From Candidatus Omnitrophota bacterium (GTDB taxonomy: Bacteria > Omnitrophota > Gorgyraeia > Duberdicusellales > 4484-171), in the NCBI GenBank assembly GCA_014729775.1, contig WJJJ01000007.1, positions 30,302 through 94,301 of the forward strand: a stretch of DNA of 64,000 nucleotides, given 5' to 3'. The position numbers were made by a program, and so were the translations under genes. The notes beneath the pieces are model-generated. The model was given only the letters and a program-made list of their open reading frames with translations. It was not told where the DNA came from and made no database searches. Shown here piece after piece: positions 56,997 to 64,000 of the stretch. The first letter of the stretch is position 1. Every line of letters begins with the position of its first letter.

Positions 56997-57662
56997 ATGT
57001 ATATTGTAATTGCCGGCGCCGGACGGTTAGGGCTGGTTCTCGCAAAGAAATTAAAAGAGGATCGCCATCAGGTGTGTCTGATCGACAAGCATGAAGGCTT
57101 GTGTAACAGGCTCGCCAGAGAACTCAAGGATATCCTTATTATCTGGGGAGACGCGACCTATCCGGAGATTCTCAAAGAGGCCAAGATTCACAAAGCGCGC
57201 GTCTGTGTGAGCGCGACCTCCAGTGACGAAGACAATATTATTATCGCCAACCTCGCCAAAGAACTGTTCGGGACCAAGCGCACGGTCGCGCGGGTAAACG
57301 ATCCGAAACATCTTTCCCTGTATAAATATATGGACGTGGATAATCCCGTTGATTCCACTTCAATTATCGCCCGGGTAGTCGAAGAAGAAGCGTCTTTTAC
57401 CGACGTGATGACATTGCTTTCGATCAAAAAAGGGAGGCTGTCGATCGTCCGCGTGGATATTCCGCCCGATTCTCCGGTAGTGAACAAAACGCTGACGGAA
57501 GTCCAGCTTCCGCCCAATTCCGTTCTGGTTTCGATCTTGCGCGGCCCCGATATTATTATTCCGTCGGGAAGCACGAAGATTTATCCGGACGATGAAATTA
57601 TTGCCGCGACCCTGATAGACGCGGAAAAAGATTTGATCAAAGCTTTGATAGGGAAGATATAA
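56997..57662 (+). CDS. trkA: Trk system potassium uptake protein TrkA (TrkA-N + TrkA-C)
   Basis: MYIVIAGAGRLGLVLAKKL Rossmann motif plus a C-terminal TrkA-C/RCK_C domain (RLSIVRVDIPPDSPVVNKTLTEVQLPPNSVLVSILRG). Confidence 0.85.
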   Translation: MYIVIAGAGRLGLVLAKKLKEDRHQVCLIDKHEGLCNRLARELKDILIIWGDATYPEILKEAKIHKARVCVSATSSDEDNIIIANLAKELFGTKRTVARVNDPKHLSLYKYMDVDNPVDSTSIIARVVEEEASFTDVMTLLSIKKGRLSIVRVDIPPDSPVVNKTLTEVQLPPNSVLVSILRGPDIIIPSGSTKIYPDDEIIAATLIDAEKDLIKALIGKI

Positions 57663-57692
57663 GGCCGGACTCCAAAACCATGATGAGGCGTA

Positions 57693-57779
57693 ATGAAAAG
57701 TATCGGCGGCATTCTTGTTGAGCTGTGCTTTTGCCTGCTTTGTCTGCTCGTAGGCTACGCGCTCACCTTCCTCTTTTAA
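57693..57779 (+). CDS. Candidate 28-aa hydrophobic micro-protein (KdpF-like single-TM peptide) upstream of trkH
   Basis: ATG at 57693 preceded by gagg 5 nt upstream. It encodes MKSIGGILVELCFCLLCLLVGYALTFLF*, a single TM helix. It was not in the ORF track because of the length cut-off. Confidence 0.3.
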   Translation: MKSIGGILVELCFCLLCLLVGYALTFLF

Positions 57780-57791
57780 CGAACACACACG

Positions 57792-59276
57792 ATGATCATA
57801 TCGCCGGAACGCAGCGATTTTTCTACGATTTTTAACATTTTGGGCAAACTTTTGCTCGCCCTCGCGGGATTTATGCTCTTGCCTTTGGCCGTCGCCTGGG
57901 GGCACGGAGAGATTTCACCTTTCTGGGATTTTCTGCTCAGTTTTTTCCTTGCCGCCTCGGCGGGGTTGGCACTGGTGATCCTGTTCCCTCTTCGGGAAGA
58001 GATCAGCTGGATCCACGCGTTTTTCACGGTGAGTATGGGATGGCTGGTGTTTTCTCTGTTCGGGGCCGTTCCCCTTTATCTTTCCGGTCATTTCCTCTGT
58101 TTTTTAGACGCGTGGTTTGAATCGATGAGCGGGTTCGCCACCACTGGACTGGTATTGATTCAGGATTTGGATCATCTCTCTTACGCGCACAACATGTGGC
58201 GGCACCTTACCATGTTTATCGGCGGCCAGGGGATCATCCTCGCCAGCCTTTCTATCCTGACCAAGGCCCGGCCGGTCGCGGTGGGGTTTTACATGGGAGA
58301 AGGGCGGCAGGAAAAGATTCTGCCCAACGTGATCGGTACCGCCCGGTTTATCTGGAAAGTGAGCTTCGTTTATCTTCTCCTGGGTGTCACCGTGTTCAGC
58401 GCAATTTTGATGGGAAAGGGGCTTGATCCGCTGAAAGCCGTATATCATGGTTTGTGGCTTTTTTTCGCCGCGTTTGATACCGGAGGGTTCGCGCCGCAAG
58501 CGCAAAATATCGCCTACTACCACAGTCCGGTGCTGGAAGCGGCAACCGTGGTATTTATGATGCTCGGCGCGTTCAATTTTAATCTTCATTTCTGGGTGTG
58601 GTTAAAGAACAAGCGGGAGATATACCGCAACTTTGAAGTGCGGATATTTCTGCTCACCCTGTTTTCACTTGCCGCATTGCTTTATTTTTCGCTGAAAGGA
58701 ATGAGCAATTTAGGGCTGTTCCGCACGGGTTTCTACCAGCTGATTTCGGCGCATACCGGATGCGGCTTTACCAACGTGTCTTCCGCGGAGCTTCCTTTAT
58801 TCCCGTCGCTGGGGCTGATCGCGGTGATTTTCGCGATGATGATCGGAGGCGGAGTCTGTTCGACCACCGGGGCGATCAAAATCATGAGGGTCGGTATTAT
58901 TCTGAAATCTCTTCTGAGCGAAATAAAACGGTGGATGATGCCTTTTAAATCAGTATACCGGGATCGGATCCACCACTTGCAGGATGTGATCCTTTCCGAT
59001 AAGCGGGTCCGGGAAGCATACGTGTATTTTTCGCTTTTTTTGATGTCATATATCGGCGGGGCGGTGGTAGGCGTTATGAACGGATATCCGTTGGTGTTAT
59101 CGCTGTTTGAATCGGTGTCCGCCGCCGCCAACGTGGGGCTTTCGGTGGGGATCACGGCACCTTCGATGCCGGCGGTGATGAAGGTGGTATACATTCTGCA
59201 GATGTGGACCGGCAGATTGGAATTTTTGTCGATTTTTGTGGCGATCGGATTTCTTGTATCCTATTTTAAACGATGA
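57792..59276 (+). CDS. trkH: TrkH/KtrB family potassium transporter membrane subunit
   Basis: A 494-aa polytopic protein with repeated M-P-M pore motifs (FATTGLVLI; FAAFDTGGF; NVGLSVG), typical of the Trk/Ktr/HKT family. Confidence 0.9.
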   Translation: MIISPERSDFSTIFNILGKLLLALAGFMLLPLAVAWGHGEISPFWDFLLSFFLAASAGLALVILFPLREEISWIHAFFTVSMGWLVFSLFGAVPLYLSGHFLCFLDAWFESMSGFATTGLVLIQDLDHLSYAHNMWRHLTMFIGGQGIILASLSILTKARPVAVGFYMGEGRQEKILPNVIGTARFIWKVSFVYLLLGVTVFSAILMGKGLDPLKAVYHGLWLFFAAFDTGGFAPQAQNIAYYHSPVLEAATVVFMMLGAFNFNLHFWVWLKNKREIYRNFEVRIFLLTLFSLAALLYFSLKGMSNLGLFRTGFYQLISAHTGCGFTNVSSAELPLFPSLGLIAVIFAMMIGGGVCSTTGAIKIMRVGIILKSLLSEIKRWMMPFKSVYRDRIHHLQDVILSDKRVREAYVYFSLFLMSYIGGAVVGVMNGYPLVLSLFESVSAAANVGLSVGITAPSMPAVMKVVYILQMWTGRLEFLSIFVAIGFLVSYFKR

Positions 59277-59797
59277 ATATGAGAGGACAGAGAGGAAAAT
59301 GGGTTATTCTGATCGCGGCCGCCGGAGTGCTCTGGGGGGTACCCCGGTGCGAGGCGGGACGTTCTCTGCGCAATGTATCCGCCGCTCCCGAGGAGTTTCA
59401 CCGCACTCAGGTGACGATTCAGGGAGAAGCGATCGGAGAACCGCTCAAAACAGTTGAAGGATTCTGGGTGAATCTGTCGTCCGAAGGAGCGCATCTCTCG
59501 GCGTGGGTCAAAGACCGGGAAGCCGTCGATAAAATTGTGCACTGGGGCCGGTATGGAATGCGGGGAGATAGGGTAGAGGTGACCGGGGTTTTTTATCGAA
59601 AATGCCCGGTACACCATACCAGCGGAATTCACGTCCAATCCTTGCGGGTGCGCGAGCGCGGGGGGCGCGTTTTTCATCCCGTGTCCGCGCGAAAAAAGAC
59701 GGGTACCCGCGCGGCGGCAATAATCTGTTTGACATTTTTTTTGATTTATCTTATAAAGGAAAGAAATCGCCGCCGGCAAGCGAAGGACATGTCATGA
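59273..59797 (+). CDS. Hypothetical exported protein with C-terminal membrane anchor (possible OB-fold/BOF-like)
   Basis: ATGA overlap with trkH. Signal peptide (WVILIAAAGVLWGVPRCEA), a ~110-aa beta-rich domain, and a C-terminal TM (AAAIICLTFFLIYLI). Confidence 0.5.
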   Translation: MNMRGQRGKWVILIAAAGVLWGVPRCEAGRSLRNVSAAPEEFHRTQVTIQGEAIGEPLKTVEGFWVNLSSEGAHLSAWVKDREAVDKIVHWGRYGMRGDRVEVTGVFYRKCPVHHTSGIHVQSLRVRERGGRVFHPVSARKKTGTRAAAIICLTFFLIYLIKERNRRRQAKDMS

Positions 59798-60834
59798 TCG
59801 CCCGGGAAGAAATCGCACAAATCGTTCAGGAATTTGAAACCGATCTTGCTCAGGCCGGGTCTGCTGAAGCCCTGGAGAAGATACGGATCAAGTATTTAGG
59901 ACGAAAATCCCGTCTTTCTCGGATGTTTGCGAAGATCCCTTCCTTGCCTCCCCGGGAAAAGGGGGTTTTGGGCAAGGAACTGAACGTGACCAAGCAGAAA
60001 ATCGCGGCAAAACTGGAAGAAAAGTCGCAGCAGAACGCGCAGGCGGAAGAAGGCATGGATCTTACCTTCCCCGGAGAAAAGATATCCCACGGCGGCAGGC
60101 ACTTGCTGAGCCGGGTGTTAGAGGATATTTGTACCACGTTTGAGAATTTGGGGTTCAGCGTCAAGGAAGGGGCGGAAATAGACGACGAGTGGCATAATTT
60201 CAGCGCGTTGAACATTCCGCTGGAACATCCTTCCAGAGACGTCTTTGACACGTTTTATCTGAATCTTCCCGCACAGGGAAAAGGGAAGCTGCTGCTGCGC
60301 AGCCACACGTCTCCTTCACAAATCCATTTTATGGAGGAGGCGTCCCCTCCTTTTGCGATCGTATCTCCGGGCAGAGTGTACCGGCCCGATCAAGTCGATG
60401 CGACCCACTCATTCATGTTTCATCAGGTGGAAGGCTTTGCCGTGAGCGAACATATCCGGTTTTCCGATCTGAAAGGAGTGCTTCTGCGATTTGCGAAAAC
60501 CTATTTCGGGCCCGGGGTGGAATTAAGGTTCAGGCCCCATTTTTTTCCGTTTACCGAGCCTTCGGCGGAGGTGGATATCTCGTGTTTCTCCTGTGCCGCT
60601 CGTGATTCGGATGAAAAATGCAGTATATGCAAGGGGTCCCGCTGGATTGAAATCCTCGGCTGCGGAATGATCCATCCCCACGTGCTGTCCGCGTGTAAAA
60701 TAGACCCGCAGCGATACCGCGGATTTGCTTTCGGCATGGGCGTGGAGCGGATCGCCATGCTTCGCTATCGGATTCCCGATATCCGTCTTTTTTACGAAAA
60801 TGATGTCCGTTTTTTGGAGCAGTTCCGTTCCTGA
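59794..60834 (+). CDS. pheS: Phenylalanine--tRNA ligase alpha subunit
   Basis: ATGA overlap with the upstream gene. Class II motifs are present (FRPHFFPFTEPSAEVD; GFAFGMGVERIAML). Confidence 0.9.
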   Translation: MIAREEIAQIVQEFETDLAQAGSAEALEKIRIKYLGRKSRLSRMFAKIPSLPPREKGVLGKELNVTKQKIAAKLEEKSQQNAQAEEGMDLTFPGEKISHGGRHLLSRVLEDICTTFENLGFSVKEGAEIDDEWHNFSALNIPLEHPSRDVFDTFYLNLPAQGKGKLLLRSHTSPSQIHFMEEASPPFAIVSPGRVYRPDQVDATHSFMFHQVEGFAVSEHIRFSDLKGVLLRFAKTYFGPGVELRFRPHFFPFTEPSAEVDISCFSCAARDSDEKCSICKGSRWIEILGCGMIHPHVLSACKIDPQRYRGFAFGMGVERIAMLRYRIPDIRLFYENDVRFLEQFRS

Positions 60835-60887
60835 TCCGGGGATTTTCGCCGGCGGGAAATATTTTCAAAATCCGAAGAGGCAGAACG

Positions 60888-62873
60888 ATGCGATTTAGTT
60901 TGAACTTTATTCGAGAAATGGTGCCGGTTTCTTGCGAGCCCCGGGAACTCGCCCGAAAGATTACCCTGCTCGGTTTGGAGGTGGAGAATCTGGAACCGGT
61001 GGGGGATGACTGGGTGTATGAGGTGGAGGTCACCTCAAACCGTTATGACTGGCTTTCTATGGTGGGATTATCACGGGAAGTCGCCGCGGCGCTGGGGACA
61101 CGGATCTCGCTTGAGTATCCCGAGATCCGTACCTCTCCGTCACTGGAAGGTTTTATCCTTCGGATTGATGCCCCCGACGATTGTCCCTGGTATCTGGGCC
61201 GACGGATCACGAACGTGCGGGTAAAGGAATCATCCGCCCGGCTGAAAGAACGGCTTCTGCATTCAGGTCTTCCGGCAGTCAATAACGTTGTGGACGCGAC
61301 GAATTACTGCATGTTGAAATGGGGGACGCCGCTCCATGCGTTCGACGCTGATAAAATACAGGGGAACGTGACGGTACGCTATGCCCGTGACCGGGAATCG
61401 TTCGTGGGGATTGACGGAAAAACAAGAACACTCTCGTCTCAGAACCTGGTGATTGCCGATGCGGAACGGGTAATCGCGCTCGCGGGCGTAATGGGAGCGC
61501 AGAATACGGAGGTGACCGGGGAGACCAAGAATGTATTTTTGGAAGCGGCCCTGTTCGCGCCGGTTCGTGTCCGCCGGTCCCGCCGGGCGGCCGGGATCGA
61601 GAGCGAGTCTTCATACCGGTTTGAACGTTCGGTGTTTCCCGATTATATCGAATACGCGTCGGAAGAGGCAGCGCGGATTATTGAACGGGATGCGCAGGGT
61701 GAATTTGCCGGCTGTGTCTGCGCGGGCCGCAAGCCCGAAGAAGGGAAAAAAGAAGTCATCCTTGCCGGAGAGGACCTTCGCCGGACTCTTGGCGTCCAGG
61801 TACCGGAAGAAGAGGTTGAAGGGATTCTTTCGTCGCTCGGATTTTCCTGCCGGCGCAATACCCCCGGTACGTTGACCGTAACTGTGCCGGCGTTTCGTCT
61901 CGACGTGGACAGGGAAGAGGATCTCTACGAGGAAATTATCCGGGTGTACGGGTATGAACGGATTCCCGCGACTCTTCCACCGATCCAGCCCGGGACGGGA
62001 AAAGAGTCCCTGTATTCATTTAAGCAAAAAATCCGTGTGATGTGTGCGCAGCTCGGATTTCAGGAAGTGGTGACCTACAGCATCGGTGAAGAAGATTCTC
62101 TGCGCGCGGTATGCGAACGGGATCCGGTGACGCTGGTGAATCCGTTGCGCGCCCAGGAAACCGCTTTGCGCACTACGTTGTTTCCCGCATTACTCCAGGT
62201 GCTGCGATATAACCGCAACCGTTCCCGGCCGGATCTCTCGATATTCGAACTCGCCGACCGTTACGGAGTGGAAAAAACGGGATTTTCCGAAATTCCGACG
62301 TTAGCGTTTCTCGTGAGCGGACAGCGTGAGGAGTTTTTTACGCTGAAAGGTGCGCTCCGGGAAATATGCGGGCGGTTGAATATCGCCGATGTTGAATTCC
62401 GGGAAATCACCCGTGCGCATTTTTCCAGTGCCCTGGAATTACGCGGGGGAGGTACTGTATTGGGATGGGCCGGGAAAGCGGGGAGAAAAGAGTGCGATGC
62501 ACAAGGAGTATCCGGACATGTGTTTTACGGCGAAGTTGATGTTGAGGCGCTTCAGGCCCGGCAACGTCCCCTGCGCTTTGTCCCCTTTAGTCAGTATCCG
62601 GCCGTGTCCCGGGATGTCAGTCTTATCATCCGTCCTCCGGCGAGATTTCAGCAGGTGCGCGTGCTGATCGAACGACGCGCGGGGTCCTATCTCGAAGGAC
62701 TTCTGGTCGTGGACCGTTACACAGGAAAAGAAATTCCGGCCGACGCCCAGGCGGTCACGGTCCGGATTTCTTATCAGTCACGCGAAAAAACCCTGACCTC
62801 CGAAGAAGTTGATGCTCTCCATACCGGCGTTCGAGAGGAACTGCAAAATCAAACCGGCATTCTTGTGCGGTAG
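60888..62873 (+). CDS. pheT: Phenylalanine--tRNA ligase beta subunit (short form lacking the B2 tRNA-binding domain)
   Basis: B1 (MRFSLNFIREMVP...ITLLGLEVENLEP) runs directly into B3/B4 (YEVEVTSNRYDWLSMVGLSREVA). B5, the catalytic-like core and the C-terminal anticodon-binding domain are present. 661 aa versus ~795 aa in E. coli. Confidence 0.9.
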   Translation: MRFSLNFIREMVPVSCEPRELARKITLLGLEVENLEPVGDDWVYEVEVTSNRYDWLSMVGLSREVAAALGTRISLEYPEIRTSPSLEGFILRIDAPDDCPWYLGRRITNVRVKESSARLKERLLHSGLPAVNNVVDATNYCMLKWGTPLHAFDADKIQGNVTVRYARDRESFVGIDGKTRTLSSQNLVIADAERVIALAGVMGAQNTEVTGETKNVFLEAALFAPVRVRRSRRAAGIESESSYRFERSVFPDYIEYASEEAARIIERDAQGEFAGCVCAGRKPEEGKKEVILAGEDLRRTLGVQVPEEEVEGILSSLGFSCRRNTPGTLTVTVPAFRLDVDREEDLYEEIIRVYGYERIPATLPPIQPGTGKESLYSFKQKIRVMCAQLGFQEVVTYSIGEEDSLRAVCERDPVTLVNPLRAQETALRTTLFPALLQVLRYNRNRSRPDLSIFELADRYGVEKTGFSEIPTLAFLVSGQREEFFTLKGALREICGRLNIADVEFREITRAHFSSALELRGGGTVLGWAGKAGRKECDAQGVSGHVFYGEVDVEALQARQRPLRFVPFSQYPAVSRDVSLIIRPPARFQQVRVLIERRAGSYLEGLLVVDRYTGKEIPADAQAVTVRISYQSREKTLTSEEVDALHTGVREELQNQTGILVR

Positions 62874-62881
62874 TACCCGCC

Positions 62882-62910
62882 TTGAAAATGCCCGGTGAGA
62901 ATGGTATAAT
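62882..62910 (+). promoter_or_regulatory. Near-consensus sigma70 promoter TTGAAA-17-TATAAT
   Basis: TTGAAA at 62882-62887, a 17-nt spacer, and TATAAT at 62905-62910, directly after the pheT stop. The predicted TSS is ~62917. Confidence 0.55.
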
Positions 62911-62916
62911 CGTAAC

Positions 62917-63082
62917 ACAAAAAACCCTGCTGGTCTCGTTGACAGGCATAAGTGCTACAGACAACACCTTTTCGAAGGGAGCCAAATCTTCCTTGTGCTT
63001 TGGCGGAAGGAACGCGGCGCCCACGTGTATGAGGAGAGGACTGATAGCAGCGGCCTGGGACGGACTCACAGCAGGGTTTTTT
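62917..63082 (+). ncRNA. Candidate ~165-nt structured small RNA (family unknown; end-to-end closing helix plus U-tract)
   Basis: Downstream of the consensus promoter, 5' CCCTGCTG (62925-62932) is the exact reverse complement of CAGCAGGG (63069-63076), which is followed at once by TTTTTT (63077-63082). There is no convincing ORF; a further 200 nt precede the rarA start. Confidence 0.4.
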
Positions 63083-63284
63083 ATTTCTTCCCTGTTCCCC
63101 CGTTTGCCGGAAGCGGTCCAAAGGGAATCCCTCTCTCATCACGGAGGGAGCGGAGAAAGGCTCTTCTTTTTCCCTCCAAGGAAAAAAGAGGGAGAAGCGA
63201 AGATTCGTTGCGCAGAGGTTTTGCAAAAGGTCCACACCCGGACTTCGGGGCCAGCACAGCCGTTTCTTTGCACGCATATAGGAA

Positions 63285-64000
63285 AAACAGATGAAAAAAG
63301 AGATTCCTTTAGCCGTACGCATGCGCCCCGTGACGCTGGATGAATTTATCGGCCAGGAACATATTCTGGGAAAAGAGCAGCTTCTGCGGCGGGCGATAGA
63401 GTCAAAAAAGATTCCGTCGGTGATCCTTTCCGGTCCACCCGGGTGCGGGAAGACGACCCTGGGAACGATCATTGCCCGGGAGCTCAGCGCGGCGTTCGTC
63501 CATTTGAACGCGGCGTTCAGTTCCGTGGCGGATCTGCGGAAGGTCGTCCGGGAGGCCCGCCGGAAAGAAGAAGAGCGGGGCGAAAAGACCGTGCTTTTCA
63601 TCGATGAGATTCATCGGTTCAATAAAACCCAGCAGGAGGCACTGATCCCCGATACCGAAAACGGCACGTTGGTGGTAGTGGGAGCGACAATTTATCAACC
63701 GACTTTTTATCTTATCCCTTCGCTGATTTCCCGTTCGATTGTCGCCGCGTTCCGGCCGTTGGGTTCGGCCGAGGTGGAGCAAATTCTGAAACGGGCCCTG
63801 CGCGACAGGGAACGCGGGGTGGGAAAGGAACCGGTCAATATTACCAATAAAGCGATTTCTTTTCTCGCCGAAGTATCCTCAGGGGACGCCCGCGCCGCGC
63901 TTACTGCGCTGGAAATCGGGGTGGCAAGTACTCCGCCGGGGAAAGACGGAAAGATTCTTTTCGATCTTAAGACGGCGCAGAACTGCATGCAGAAAAATGT
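63285..64000 (+). CDS. rarA: Replication-associated recombination protein A (AAA+ ATPase RarA/MgsA), 3' end outside the window
   Basis: VRMRPVTLDEFIGQEHILGKEQLLRRAIESKKIPSVILSGPPGCGKTTLGTIIA...VLFIDEIHRFNKTQQEALIP shows co-linear identity to the RarA N-terminus, with Walker A and B present. The reading frame runs open to the window edge. Confidence 0.85.

Noticed and set aside
62917-63082. Specific assignment of the candidate sRNA as 6S RNA (ssrS)
   Set aside because: The size and end-to-end helix fit, but I could not pair the 5' and 3' halves into the long interrupted duplex with central bubble that defines 6S. It is left as family-unknown pending a covariance-model search.
62882-63343. A 153-aa + strand ORF (tracker start = the TTG of the -35 box) spanning the candidate sRNA and the rarA leader
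   Set aside because: The start codon lies inside the promoter hexamer, there is no RBS, the translation has no recognisable domain, and it would have to read through the U-tract terminator.

Overview
This is a GC-rich (~58%) stretch of bacterial chromosome that is almost entirely coding on the + strand. Many genes overlap by 1-4 nt (ATGA or TGATG junctions), which suggests long translationally coupled operons. The organism looks diderm: there is an OM beta-barrel protein ending in Phe, a Wza-like exporter and several lipoproteins. Together with a Chlamydia/spirochaete-type minimal V/A-ATPase operon, this fits a PVC-like or candidate-phylum lineage; I cannot assign a taxon.

Positions 3.0-34.2 kb form one large glycan biosynthesis and export island. 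It has three precursor modules: PAPS synthesis (fused ATP sulfurylase/APS kinase), GDP-L-fucose (gmd, fcl), and a CMP-nonulosonic acid route (NeuA-like, NeuB-like and a KdsC-type HAD phosphatase). It also contains an unusual fusion of a GT-A-like domain to a carbohydrate sulfotransferase, seven more GT2/GT4 glycosyltransferases, a methyltransferase, two Wzy/O-antigen-ligase-family membrane proteins, a PglC-like phosphoglycosyltransferase and a geranylgeranyl-reductase-family flavoprotein. Attached to this is a c-di-GMP module: a membrane GGDEF protein with a variant GGDDF motif and two PilZ proteins. One of the PilZ proteins, in the block after the island, is fused to a large extracytoplasmic glycoside-hydrolase-like domain. 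Export functions are an OM beta-barrel protein plus Wza and Wzc. My best reading is a c-di-GMP-controlled machine for a sulfated polysaccharide carrying fucose and a Kdn/sialic-like sugar, which appears not to have been described.

Downstream are housekeeping genes. These include a tRNA-binding protein, YjbQ, a DnaQ-like exonuclease, Lrp plus an aminotransferase, and a transglutaminase-like lipoprotein. pyrK and pyrD are interrupted by a frameshifted radC and a half-size TSUP protein; pyrF follows. Next come the V-ATPase operon (E, a hypothetical, A, B, D, I, K), tRNA-Val(UAC), thrS lacking its TGS domain, infC with a GTG start, rpmI, rplT, trkA (two genes), trkH, pheS, pheT lacking its B2 tRNA-binding domain, and a partial rarA.

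Other items worth a second look are a candidate ~165-nt structured sRNA with a consensus sigma70 promoter between pheT and rarA, a 28-aa hydrophobic micro-ORF upstream of trkH, and several promoters placed so that the mRNA would be leaderless or nearly so. I found no CRISPR arrays, IS elements or rRNA.
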